Shown: one piece after another, positions 24,101 to 37,316 of the stretch
How the letters are laid out: each line of letters starts with the position of its first letter
Position numbering within the stretch: the first letter of the stretch is position 1
Origin: Podarcis vaucheri
Lineage: Eukaryota
Strand: one strand, 5' to 3'
DNA: 64,000 nucleotides
Assembly (NCBI GenBank): GCA_965113315.1
Contig: OZ220367.1
The notes under the pieces: generated by a model
What the model was told of the DNA's origin: nothing
Database searches by the model: none
What the model saw: only the letters and a program-made list of their open reading frames with translations
Made by a program: the position numbers and the translations under genes

Positions 24101-27100
24101 CCCCAAAAACAAAAGTGGCCATTGCCCCCAAAGCTACCATTGCACCTTGCAAAATAAATGTATTTCAAATAAGTGCATGCCTGAATACTCAAATAGTTGA
24201 ACTTCCACCTTTTTTTCTGATGGAGCAAGACTTGGATAGATTTTGAACTCCAGTTATGGTAGATTCTCAGTAGGGATTCACTTACCACACCTAAGAGTTG
24301 CCGAGCCAAGACATAGACTGGAGTGTGCCAACAGCTATGACAGCTGGGTCAGTGTAACATTGCAAAAGCAGGTGGCATGCCAAGCACAGCTGCAAGGTTA
24401 TAGCACCTTTCCGGACAGACTTGACAGCTCAAATGTTGACGTTAAAGAGTTGGCTGGAAAGCTAAACTCAACAAGGAACACCTAATCAATCTCAAAATGG
24501 GAGGAAATACCAAGTTGACCTTTTGCACTGATGTAACCTTGATACAGATACAGGACTGTCCAGCACATTCATATAACTGTCAAGAAGGGGAAGAAAGATA
24601 ATCATGTTTGAAGATGACACATAACAGGAATACATTGCTAGCAACTTGGTTCTAGCAAGAAGAGCTGACTGAGCTACTTGAATTCCTGCACCAGAGTAAT
24701 ATTCCTTCAGTGGTACTGCATCAGTGCTTGGGACACCTGGAATAATCTACAACTTTTTCAAAGGCAGGGAAGAGGCAGTGTTTCTTCCTTGTGCCCCTGA
24801 TCTTCTATGGAAATGTTTGTCCAGTGATGACATATGTCCATATGTAAGCTTCCGTGGGGGGAGGTAGTGTGGGGCTCAAGCAGACCCACCAGCCTACCAC
24901 CTAGTTATCATTATTACTTGGCATCTCAATATTTAAAGTTTTGCTTGTGGTCTTTTCCTCAGTATTTAACTTTTTGCGTGTGTTGGGGTAATAAAATTGC
25001 AATATATGGCACAGGACTCATTTAACCAGTCCTGTCAGTGGAAATTCTGCATAGCATAGGCAGTTCTTAAGCCTGAGCCTCCTTATTCCATTCCGCAGCC
25101 TTTCCATCACCATTCTGAACAGAAGCATCCTGTACACCAGGGAATGTTAATCTGTGGCCCTCTAGATGTTGTTAGACAGCAGATCCCCTTCACTCTGACC
25201 GTTGGGTCATGCTGGCTGGGGCTAATAAGAGCTAGAGTCCAACAACTGGAGAACCAGAGGTTAGCCACCCTGTTTTACATTCTGTGCCCCACTGGGGTCC
25301 CAGACAGTAACAGCATGTCAGATGGTGTTCTTGAAGGCTACTCTGCAACTGTGGAACTTTCTTTTCCTGGATACATGCTGGATGTGAACCGAATTTTTTT
25401 TCCCCAATTCTTTTTTTTTTTTTAGCACCAACTTTTGGCAGGCAGGTTGAAGTTGAGCTTTCTACCACAAATGCTTTGCTTTCATCTGATTATCAGTAGA
25501 TACTTTTTGCAACTGTTGAAAATTAATTAAAATTTGCCTCCAAATTAAAGTAACAGATTAATATTTTATAAGCAGTGATTATGAAAATTAAAATAATATC
25601 CCTGACAGTGAAACAATGTTCCCTGGGCACAAGGGAGCTCCCACATATGCCTCAGAGGGTCGCTGGAAAGGAGTGACGGTTTTAACAATTATCTCACAAA
25701 CAATACATTACATGCTTTGCATTGTTTCTTAGACTGCTACCTTACTTTATTTAATATGACATGTATTGAGATATCGTAATTGTAATAAAAATGCTTTAAT
25801 TGATTTGCAATGCTACAAAATAAACATTCTTGCTTCCAAAACAATATAAAAAGACTTTGATTGATAAATTCTTAAACCCTAAGACACAGAGAACTTAAAC
25901 TGATCTAAAGCTTTAAATCAGCTTAAACAGTTTGAGCCCATCTAAAAGCCATAAAGTGCCCTAAGCAGCTTCATGCAACCTTTAGCCCTAAAGTGGCTCC
26001 AGTAGCTTAACAGTTCCTGTTTCCCTTAACCCTGCTGGCCAATTCCTTTTTCTCCATTCAGCATTTGGGATTTGAGCTTTGATGGAGATCTCTGTGAGTT
26101 ACTGACAGAACCCAACAGTTGGTGGTCTGACTTCACCCCAAATCCTGTTTGCTGTTTCTCTGGGGCTGCAATGAAGAATGAACAGAAGGCCAAGCGCAAT
26201 GCACTGGGCCTAGGACCATCAGCTGCTGGGAATTTGTGCTCTCTCCCTCCAGCACAAACTCCATACATAATGCCAGATGTTTCCAATGTAGCTGCAAAAG
26301 GCTCTGGCTATTCTGGGAATAGAATTAGTAGAGAGTAACAACAACTTCTTCATTTCCTTTTTGAAGTGTAAAATTGTAATGTATGAGTGCTATGAGTATA
26401 GGTGCATTCACATACACCCATACAGTAGAGAAGATGGAAAACCTATTGTAAGTATGGACTAGGCCAGAGAGAGCCAACATGGTACTCTCTAGATGTTGTT
26501 GGACTCCAGTTTTCATCAATCCCACCCAATGGCCATTTTTTCACAAGACCATCAACCCATTAGCCTCTATGACCTAGATTGACTTTTGCCAGCTTAAACT
26601 AGAACATCACCTAGGAGCCCACCTGGACAGAGCTGGCCTTGCTTCATTTAGTCATGCCCTGGTAACTTCCTGTTCAAAGTGCTGCAATGTTTTATATGTG
26701 AGTCTGCCTGTGAAGGTGGACTGGAAATGTCAGTTAACAGAGCATATGGCGGAGAAACTGTTAAACAGGACTGGGTGATATGGACACAACATGCCATTGC
26801 TTTGCCATCTTCATAGAATCCTAGAATTGTAGAGCTGAGAGGGATCCCTAGCTCATTTCTAGGCCCAATTCATGGTGCTAATTTTGACCTTTAGCACTCT
26901 TCATAGCTTGGGACCAGAGCGCTCAAAAGTCCACGTGTCTCCAAACATCCCTAACCAGTCCATGAAATCTTATTTCAGGATCCTGCACTGAATGGCCCCA
27001 CCAAGTAAGGTACAACAGGAGGCTTGTGGGGAAAGGTGTGTTTTTGTTTTTTTCCATTTTTTGTTATGGCTCCCTGCTGTGGAAGGTAGTGTTCTAAGAG

Positions 27101-28551
27101 AGACTTTCCTGGCATCTAACTTTGTGTACCCTTGGCACACAACCTTTCTATTTTTTCAGACCTTAAAAAATAGAATGGCACAATTTCTGCCCTGTGTAAC
27201 ATTCTCAAAAAAAGAAAAGAAAGAAAGAATAATAGTAAGAGTATTATTCTACATATTACAAAAACCTCATACCAGGTAGCATCATTTCAAGAGAGAATGG
27301 GAGACAATGAGCATTCCCATGCTATTTGAGTTGATCTTTAATTCAACCAAGGTTGTGAAGATCCAGGCTTGTGCTATTTTTTACAAGATGGCATATGTGC
27401 AGAAAATGTTGAGCATTTGGGAATGTTGGAAACATCTCAAGACTTCAGGGGTCAGAGAAGGAGGCCAAGAGAGTTTAAAAGATAACAGCAATTAATTCCA
27501 TTGTATGTAGTTTATTCAAGGCTTAACATGCTCATGAGCACATCACAAATATGTATGCTTCTCATTGTGTATGTTATCTCAGACATGTCATGAATGCTTA
27601 TGCTCAAAATAACAGCAAATTCAAAGAATAGCTGATAGCATCACTTATTCATTTGAAAACAAGCTTCCCATGCATTCAGACTGCTGCCTTGGGATGGGAA
27701 ATAAATCAGAAAGGCAGCAGATAATATCAGAGACCCCCTTTTATAGAACATTGCCTGGGAGCATGGGGTAAAATAAGCAAATAGCTGCCTTAGCATTCTT
27801 TCACACATGCCAGAAGTAGACCTGGGATGGTCTAAATAAAAGGTTCCTGGGGCCAACTTAATCATGGGTAAAGTGGGGTATACAGCCTTTCTCGCTCTCT
27901 GAGCATCAGCTATCTAGATAGATGCAGTAACTCATCCTAACTTTCATTTGTCCTTTGAACTTAGCACAGAAGTTCTAGTTAGTGCACAGAACCTTACATG
28001 CATATATATTGCACATATGTAAGATGTGTGCACAAAGAAACAATCAATTAATGGAGGAGGCAGCAGCTGCAAACTTTATCAATCTTCTGCATGTTCATTG
28101 TACCCATTTTATTACTCTAGGTGTTTGTTTTTCCAAAAAAAAATCTAGGTATAGGTGTGGGGCATTATCATTGACAATGCACAGAGATGTTTAAGACCTT
28201 CCTCCCTTCCATCTCAGTAAAAAAAAAAATCACACCATGGTCAGACTCCCACCTGACTCAGACCCTGGGAGAAACCTTATCCAAGAAGGTGATTTAGGAT
28301 CCCACAGCAATCCCCAGTACAACTGAGGACTACCTTGGACCTGATCCCAAGGTAGCCTGAAGTACCCCATATCAAGGATGTTTTGGCTGGGTCCTTTTAT
28401 ACACTCTATGGCTGCAGCCAAGCCCTGTGTCAGTGCCCAGTTCTCACTCTTTGCTCCCAAGGGTTTTGAGAGTAAATGCAGGAGTTAAATGAGTGGCAAA
28501 CTGCAAGCTGGCATAAGGGTACCTGTGTAGGTGCCAAAAGACATAATTACC

Positions 28552-28737
28552 ATGGTTCTACCCAAGGAAGAGTCTACTCAGGAGAAGGTTGCAAACAATG
28601 ACCCAGCAGATGTTCAGGGCAAGAAGGCTGGCAGCGAGGATATAAAACTCAGCCTCCTCTCGATTCTTGCTGGCTTAATCGCTCTCCTGTTCCTACTCTT
28701 CAGCACATGGGAGCCTGTGTACACATTACTGCCTTAA
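28552..28737 (+). CDS. Candidate 61-aa tail-anchored-type microprotein, antisense to ARHGEF4 (hypothetical)
   Basis: ACCATGG Kozak; MVLPKEESTQEKVANNDPADVQGKKAGSEDIK-LSLLSILAGLIALLFLLFS-TWEPVYTLLP*. No homolog recognised and no expression evidence. Confidence 0.25.
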   Translation: MVLPKEESTQEKVANNDPADVQGKKAGSEDIKLSLLSILAGLIALLFLLFSTWEPVYTLLP

Positions 28738-29431
28738 AACACAGCAGGGTCAGGTTTCTCTTTTGCATTTTCAACTTGCATTGTCACATTGTTGTAGACC
28801 TCAGTACAGCTTGGTGTTTTCCCAAATTCTCAATTTCTGTCCACACCAGCAGGTGTAGAGGGGGCATTGCTGTGTTCATATGGCTTACATTTTCAATTCA
28901 GTTTGAAGCTAGGGCGGGGGGAGCATCAAAATGCAGTATTTCTCAGGAAACCACAGGATAGGTGTGGATTGTGTATATACAGAGCTTCACAAATCAGCAG
29001 TGGGGAAACACTGGATGCAGAGGTAATGGGACTGAGCATTTAGAAGGAACTTGTGGTATTGGTGTTAACTGCTAATCATGTTGGTAACATATGTGTAGTT
29101 AGGCCCTTAATAAGAACCTTACTGCATCAGAGCAAAGGTCCATCTCATCCAACTTCCTGTTTATAACAGTGGCTAAGAAAATTCTTCTGTAAAGTCCCAA
29201 CTCCAGGGATGAGTGAAATAGCCTTTCTCTCCCTGCCCCTTGAATCTTGTATTTAGTTGTATGCTGCCCAAAACCAACCCATTTTACAGTCCGGAGCAAA
29301 AAGATAAGATTTTCCCCACCTGAAGCCATTCCATCTGCATTAGCTGAATCTTTTTAACTCTGGTGAAGGGCTCCTATATCAGTATCTACAGACACTCTCC
29401 AACGGGTTGACTTTCATTGTCTGCCAAGATC

Positions 29432-29557
29432 AAGGTTACCAGATGTCCCCATTTCCCAGGGACAGTCCCCGGATTTACAAATCAGTCCCCATACAAAATC
29501 CATCTATTTAGTAGTTGAAAAGTGTCTCTGGATTCCTTAAAAAAATCTGGTAACCTT
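29432..29557. mobile_element. Short hAT-like MITE
   Basis: Perfect TIRs AAGGTTACCAGAT / ATCTGGTAACCTT with a flanking direct repeat AAGATC. Confidence 0.75.
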
Positions 29558-29654
29558 AAGATCAATGCCAACACATAAGAAGGGCACAATCTCCTGAGGG
29601 CAGCAGAGTACTTTAAGGGAGGGTACCTCTAACAGATGGGAAAGCCTGGTGGGT

Positions 29655-30118
29655 TGCAGGGGCGGAAGAAGGGGGTTGCTGTGGGGGCAGTCTACCCCAA
29701 GTGTCATCACTTGGGGGGTGACAAAATGGTGGACAGCATTTACCACAGGGCCTGCAGTGTGCCCAAGCCACGCGTCTCTCCTGGGAGTGATGCAGTGGCT
29801 TCGGCACCCGCAGGCTCCACGCTGCCCCAAATGGTCTGCCCACCACCTACCCCTTAGCTGTAAGGTGGCTGAGTGGGAGGAAGCAGGCAGATTCCTCAGA
29901 GGCCCCGTGGAGCATCCTGCCCTGGCTGGCCCCACCCCTACAGGCGGCTGGCCCCACCCCCAGGTGCAGGGCACGTGCACCGCCCCAGGCGCCTGATCGG
30001 CTTGCTCTGCAGCTAGTGGGTTGAGTAGCAAAAACCAGGGGTGAAGCCAGTACTGCCACCCTTCCACCCAGTACCTGAAGGGCTCTCTCTCTCCCCCTTA
30101 TGATAGGGCTGGCCCTGA
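29655..30118. mobile_element. GC-rich degenerate hAT-like element(s)
   Basis: GC-rich island whose right end GGGCTGGCCCTG matches the TIR type of the 19922 element; boundaries uncertain. Confidence 0.4.
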
Positions 30119-31158
30119 TACTTGCTCTGACAATTTAGTTATCATGGTTAATAGTCACTGATAGATGATGAATTTGTTTAATCCCTCCTTAAAGCCACAT
30201 TGTGTTTTGAGGCTGTCTGAGGGAACAGGCCTCTATTTTGAAAGAAAAGATGATGAGAGGCTCCCCTGCTGTTTCTTCCCCTGAGGTGAGTATTAAATGT
30301 AATTAGAAGTAATGCTAGGATTGCAGACAAAACTAACTTCCCTCTTCCTCCCAGCGTTTTTTTTTTTCCTTTTTTCCACCAGGGCCACATCCTACACAAG
30401 CTACAGGGCCAGTAGACTTGAAAGTGCTTTTTGTTCTTTTTCTTTTATCTACAATGATTAGGGAGGGGTGTTTCCACTCTCAGCTCTGAGAGCACTTTGA
30501 ATGAGTCACAGTCTCTAAGTAGTGACCAATTAGTTCTTTTTGAAGAGATATAAAGGTTTTAAGGCAAAGAAGCATTCTTGCATGGGCAGATACAGGCACC
30601 GTAAGCAGCTGAAGAAGGCAAGCAAAGGTTAACTTAAAAGGTTTGGCCATTCACCAGAATGATGGATTTGACAACTTTCCCCAAACATTGGATGAGGCCA
30701 GAGTGCATTCAGGTTTAACAATGAGGTACAGGGGAGTCTTCATGAGCCCCTGGATAGCAACACGATTAGTCAAAATACTAAGACACCCAGGGCACTGGGT
30801 GAACCAGCATAGGAACCAATGGTCCACTAAGCTCAGTACTGTCCATACTGAAGGGCATTGGCTCTTCAGGGCTTCAGGCAGGGGTCTCTTCCAGCTGCAC
30901 CTGGAGAGATCAGCTATGAAGAATGAGAGTTATGAGTCAGGAAATCCCATGTTCAAATGTCACCCCAACCATGAATTCACCAGGTCACCTTAAGCACGTC
31001 ACAATCTCTCAGTCTCAGCCTTCCATCTGCAGTATGGGAATGGTGGTAATAATATTAAGCCCTTTTATAGCTTAGTTGTTGTAAGAGTTATTGAAATCTA
31101 GCTGCTAACGATAGAGCTGGAAACCTTCAGTTTGCTACTGTGTGCAGCTGAGGCATGT

Positions 31159-31573
31159 TGTCAGAAAGTTATCATGACTGCAGCATGGAGCACGTTTCTG
31201 TTGGGATATTTCCGTTCCACCTTAAAAGGGAGCAGGCTTTGGGAGTCACAGAGTCTGCGCATGTCCTGTTAACAGGATGTTTATGTTCTGATATTCCTTT
31301 TGATTTCAGTTAGTCAGAGACGCTGACTGAGAATGGACATGTTTTCTTTTGTTCTATTCTACGCTAAATAAAGTCTGTAAATTATGCTCTTCTGCGGTGC
31401 AACTTTTGGCTGTGCTTTTATCTGCTGATAAACACTGTGCACAAGCTCTGGAATGTGGCTAGGAATTTCCAGAGGCTTCGTGTCGCTAACTGCTGGATCT
31501 GCCTGACTACGGGAGGCCGATGGATCGTTCGACACCCGGCTTGGGGGCCGTGATGGACGTTATCTCCCTGGCA
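31159..31573 (+). mobile_element. Probable solo LTR
   Basis: TGTCAG...CTGGCA ends, internal AATAAA (31367-31372), CpG-rich U5-like end; target duplication not clean. Confidence 0.5.
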
Positions 31574-33289
31574 GTATCCCAACAGTTTCCAGCCCTCAAG
31601 TATTCCCAAGTCTGTTCTGTCCTATTTCCGCAATAATTTTCCCATAGTGGTTTTTAATTTGCATGAACATCACACTTTGACATGTATTTTTAAATGTAAG
31701 TTTCTGTTTAAATGCCGTTTTATGTGTTTTCTCTCAACATACACTTTTAAAAAATGAGTCAAGAACTACATCGAAAAATTCGAGAGGTGGGAAGTTTGGT
31801 TCACGCATTAGTCCATGAAATGCAGATCACATCAGTTTGTATTGGAGTTTGCAAAACATCAATTTCCCCCAGCATCACTATTCCTTTCTGATCTGAGATC
31901 TTGCCTGAGCAACAAGGTCTTCCTGGCTCTGGTGTGTTACTTTCTAGGTGTCCCTTAACTCTTACTCTCTTACTGAACATCTGTCTAAAGCTTGACAGTG
32001 AAACACTTTGAACACTCTCAAGCACCTTGTAAATGGAAAGTATTTTATATGATGTTGTGTCATCCAGTTAACAAGGTCTAGTGATTGTATGAGTTTTGAT
32101 TGGTTGATGAATCAAATCGGAATGAAGCACAATTTCATTGTATTCAGATGCTGTCTATACAATCATTTACCACATTAGAAGAGGCATTTCCTCCTGTGTG
32201 AAAGAGGGAGAATGCCTCTTCTCAAATAATGACTGTCATTTGCAATTTTTGATACATACTTATATTTTAAAAATTAACATCCAGGTGGGAGGCAGCAGGT
32301 ACAATCCTGATCATCTCATTGGGCCCTGTTTGAACCAGATGTACATATTCAGTTGATCAAAAGGTTTTTGAGCGATCAGTCTAACTAAACTATCAGTACA
32401 GTCTTAGACAGAAGTAAGCCCTACTGAGTTCAATGAGACTTACTCCCAAACAGGTGTATAGGGTTGCAGCCTAAATATTGCATTTGCTGTTATGATGAAA
32501 ACATGGTTTTCTCTCATCTGTTCATTCTTCTTTTTAAAAAGGCCCATTTTAAACATACAGCGGGATCAAGTTGTGGTTTTTTTCCCATGAAGGAGAGCAC
32601 AGGAGAGGAGTTGCATGTTTAAATGCTCCCCACTTGCCCCAACAGCACTTTTTCTTGCGTGTAAAAAAGTAGTATCAGCCTAGTCTTCTTTTGGGTTTAT
32701 TTTTCTGTGTAGGAGTTAATTTCATCTTTGGATGAAGAGCAGTATACAAATAATTCAAAGCTGCAACCCCCCTTCCAGCAGTATGAAGTAGTTTACTCTA
32801 GGAAAAGCATTAGCACTTCTGCTGCATATACACAAATTGGGTCAGAGACAGTTTACTCATGAATCCCAGGAGCTTTCCTTGGTTAAGGGTCCTGTGTGTG
32901 CTATTGCTGCCATTCAAGAACAAAAGAGATATCCTGGCAGGCTGTGGTGAGAAGAGGATATCTGTGCCTTGGAGGGACCTTATCATACTGCTGCCCAAAC
33001 TCATGGGACTCTTCACAAGTGGATATTCCACCTAGCAATGGCAGCTGTCATCCTTGATCGCACATACCCTCCAGGAACTTCTCTACCAGCTGCTGTGTTC
33101 TTTCCTCAAAAATACTGCTAACATTAGTTTAAAAAGTTAGTAGGGTTCATCTACATCCCTGATAATCAGGTGCTATAACAGGGCTAAAAGGTATAGAAAA
33201 TCCGTGACCTAAACTAGCTCTGGTTGGGAGAGAGCCCATAATCTTGACGGATAAAGGCAGTGCACATCCTGCTATTTCCAGGGAGGAAG

Positions 33290-34050
33290 CGGAAGTTCTA
33301 AATCAGTGCCTGAGGTCAGCTCTGTTTGATCAGTCAACAAAGTGAAGCTTAATCCAGGTACTGTTGGCCAGTGATTCTAAAAACCTAGATACAATTGTGC
33401 AGCTATGGCTATACTCCTAAAAAAGCAACCACACAGCTTGGGGTACTCCTAGATCTAGTAGCCTTGCTCCTGAGTGGAATCTACACACATATAAAAAAAC
33501 ACCATGAAAATGCTTTTTTAAAAAACGTTTTGAAAAATACATTGAATTTGGCATAAAACATTTGTATATTGCACTTTACAACACATTTAAAACATTTTAT
33601 TTGCAGCTGTATAGCTGAGTCCCTGGATACAGAGGTAGTGGAACAAGCTAACAGTGCCTTTTACCAGCTGCCGTGCCCTTTCCTGAGCTTCAGTCACTCA
33701 TGTGATGGTCACTTCCAGGTTGTATTACTATAATGCAGTATTTATGAGGTTGCCCAGAGGGCAGCAACATGAGAATGGGCCTTTTCTGCAGTGGCTTCCC
33801 GTTTGTGGAATGCTCTCCCTAGGAAGGCTCACCCCGCACCTTCATCACATATCTTTAGGCACCAGGCAAAACATTTCTCTATAACCAAGAGACTTTGGCT
33901 GATTGAACATTCTATGGCCTTTTAAATGTTTTGTGAGAGGGGAGTTATTGGTTTTTGTTCTTGTTTTATTCTGTATTCTATGTTCTTATTTGTATTTTTA
34001 TGTTATGAACAGCCCTGTTATCTGAAGGAATAATAAATAATAAAAATAAT
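33290..34050 (+). mobile_element. Degenerate L2-type LINE 3' fragment
   Basis: Remnants of VTSRLYYYNAVFMRLP and GPFLQ / LWNALP-like coding, ending in a (TAA)-rich tail. Confidence 0.55.
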
Positions 34051-35686
34051 AATCTCAATAATTACCTCCATCCATATGAGATGTCCAGGCTCTGAGGTCA
34101 AGTGTAGAGGTCCTGTTCTGTTCCCTCACCTCCCATTTGCTAACATAAAGGGGGCAGCTGGGACTTTGATGTGTCCTGGAAAAAGAAGCTTGCCTGTCTC
34201 CTTAGCGAGCAATGAAGGCTTTTCTTTCCCAGCAGGCTTTTAGGAATGTGTTTTTCTGAAATTGCTTTTCACCTGCTATGGATCTTAGAAATGTATGCTT
34301 TTTTATCAGGCGGATACATTGCTAATGTTTTATTGTCTTAGATGTATTTCTTTGCCTAATTATTTAGAAAGACAAGGTACACCTTTTGGAAATGAAAGAT
34401 AAATAGAACAACCTCCTAAAAAGGATGGGATACTGGCAAAAAAGATCAGAGGGAGACAAATTTGATACCTTATCTGAGTAGCAAGCAACACTTTATACAA
34501 ATATATATATATGAACCTCACTAGAGAGTCATTACAGTCAAATATGATTTTGGAGTGCCTGTTAGAGAAGCAAGGAATGTTACTTACTTTCCTTTCGATG
34601 TCATAATGTACAATGTTATTACTGTTTATCACATTGCTGTCACAGAATTACTAATAAGATCTATTCCTGCCTGCTTTTCAAGGCTAGGCTCTAAGTTTTA
34701 GTGAGACACACACACTTTCTTAAGGCAAGGAAAGGTGATCATTATCGATTCCTCCCACCTCAAACTCTAGATCTTGAAGGTGTGCAAGTCCAGCAATTTA
34801 TTATCCAAAAGGTACACAAGACAGGTGAGTGCATGGACAGAAATTGTGTGGGAGCACCACACATGCTACTTCGAATTCCCTCATGGAAGAAAGGCAAGAT
34901 ATAAATGTAGTCATAAGTAGCTCACTTCTGACAATGTTCATGCTGCTACATACCTCTGTTGAAGTGTAAAGTCCCAGTAATTAGTAATTTGGTTATTGCC
35001 TACTGAGGGTTAATTGACACACATTTCCATCCATGTTTATTTGAATACAGTTTGGCTTTATTTTGAGGAACAGTTATAACAGTTCTTTTTATAAGAAGCC
35101 AGAATTTATTCGATTTTTAAATGTCAAGCACCAACATTAGAAATTTACAATATGCCATGAATAAATGCATGAGGAATCTTATTGACAAAACAGCCTCAGA
35201 ACTCTTTTTCTTATAGCTCTCCCAGGATACAGTGTATAGAAAGCATTGGGTATTTGTCAGGGCTGATTTGCATGGTCAAAAATTGGGCTCTCCCCAGCAC
35301 CAATGTTTTTCATTGTACGCTCGCCAGCCATCTGGGGTTGTAATGAATTCTTAGAGGCGCATCCTGATCCAGTTATGAAGGTCTGTGTATGTAAGCAGAG
35401 GCTCTTTTTACATACTACCTGCTGGATCAGGAACAATGGAGGTTAACTGGATTCACATCTGCATTCTACATTTGTGTGTGGACAACTAATGCCAGAACTA
35501 GTGGCACAACTTGAATTGATTTGGGGATGAATGACACACATTCAATCAAGGCAAAGAGCTTGATTATAAAATAAATAAATATGAAAATAAATAAATATGA
35601 ATTGGCCCTCAGTATTTTATTTCTGGCTATGGCAAAACAAAAGTTCTGTTTGTTTTTTTATTAACACTGCAGACTGCTGCAGCATA

Positions 35687-36040
35687 CAGTGGTGCCTCGC
35701 AAGACGAAATTAATTCGTTCCGCAAGTTTTTTCATCTAGCGAATTTTTCGTCTTGCGAAGCACAGTGTCGGAAAAGTTTTGGAAAAGCTTCAAAAATCAC
35801 CAAAAACCTCAAAAAAGGCTACCACACCGCGTTCTATGAGTTGCTCCTCGAAGTCAAGTCACAACTGTATTAACGGTGTTAAGAAAAAGGAAACAAACTT
35901 GCAAAAAACGCAAGACGTTTTCATCTTGCGAAGCAAGCCCATAGGGAAATTCATTTTGAGAAGCAGCTCAAAAACCGCAAAACCCTTTCGTCTAGCGAGT
36001 TTTTCGTCTTGTGAGGCATTCGTCTTGCGGGGCACCACTG
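35687..36040. mobile_element. Tc1/mariner-pogo (Tigger-like) MITE family B, 354 bp
   Basis: TIRs CAGTGGTGCCTCGCAAGACGAA / TTCGTCTTGCGGGGCACCACTG, TA on both sides, internal repeats of a CGTCTTGCGA-like motif. Confidence 0.9.
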
Positions 36041-37316
36041 TACAACATTTATTTATATTTAAAATGTATACACTGCCTTTCCAAATATGTTGCTCAAAGC
36101 AGTAAGCAAAGAAGAATGGAAATTGTAGCAGAAGCTGGAGCTAAGAAAACCAAGCTGAGGCCTTTCATTTTTTTTATTTCGTCATGAAAGCAAACTCCCC
36201 CCGCCCCACACAACTACTCTCTAAAGTTATACAATGTCCATATAGGAAATTAGGCTTTTACCCAGACAAGGAAAACAGATTTTTGGTTGGGTTTATTTTT
36301 CCCAACTTTACATTAAACTAAGAAAACAATACATTTAAGAAATGCTACATGCTCTTGTGTTGTTTGGTTTGCCTTAAGTGCAGAATGGGATTGCCTGTTC
36401 ACATGAATAGAGTCTATGCAAAAACCATTCTGAGAACTAACTAGCTGTCAGGCTTACATCTCTGAGTGTATCCCAGGCTTGCTTCCATGTGCCAAAAATC
36501 ACAAAGTATTTTCAAAATGAGCTTTCTTTAAAAAAGAAGGTGTCTAGCACAACAACAGAGTGACTCATGTAACTAGTAGGAATGGAGAACACTGCACAGA
36601 ACACGACACACACATAACTTAGAAAGAATGGCTCTTGATAATGAATTCAGTTCTTTTAGGGTGGAATTAGCATTAAACTCCAAGGAGAGCAGTTTCATTA
36701 TCAAATATTGGACCGCGTGAGATGAATACACCTGAAAGTTCTTGCTTTGCAACTTCAATGCCAGTAAGGGGTTTGTTGCGTTTCTGGAGGGCTGGATTTC
36801 TACTCAAGGCTTGGGAAGCAAGCCACACTTGTGAATTTTCCATTGGACAATGTCACAGGATTTATTTGAACTTCAGTGTTTCTTGAAGAATCAATTGCCT
36901 TTGACACTACCAGCCTGACTGCTTTTCCCTTGCCTCCCCTCACTCCCACTTTCAATCCATCAGTGTCTGAATTTCCAGATGGAACAAGACTGGTAAATAA
37001 AAATATATCATTTCCAAGTTGATTATCGAGTTAGCTTTTCTCCATTTTAAGAGGCCTGGATCAGCTCTCCCACAACATCTCGATATTTCAGCTAGAAACA
37101 GAAGGGACAAAGGCAGTTTCTTGTCCAAAGATCCCACCAACATATTTTTTTTTACACGTTTCTCTACACATAAGCACTCTGAAGTCATTAAGAAAATGGG
37201 AGAAAAGCCAGTGAAGACATAAATTCCACAGGGCGGTCGCTGAACATAAACATAGATTCCTGATGTACTCTAATGATCCACCATTAATCAATTACAGCTA
37301 ATTGGGCATTACTCAC

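Noticed and set aside
28558-28674. Minus-strand hydrophobic reading ASKNREEAEFYILAASLLALNICWVIVCNLLLSRLFLG*
   Set aside because: No ATG and preceded by in-frame stops; it is the hydropathic mirror of the + strand ORF
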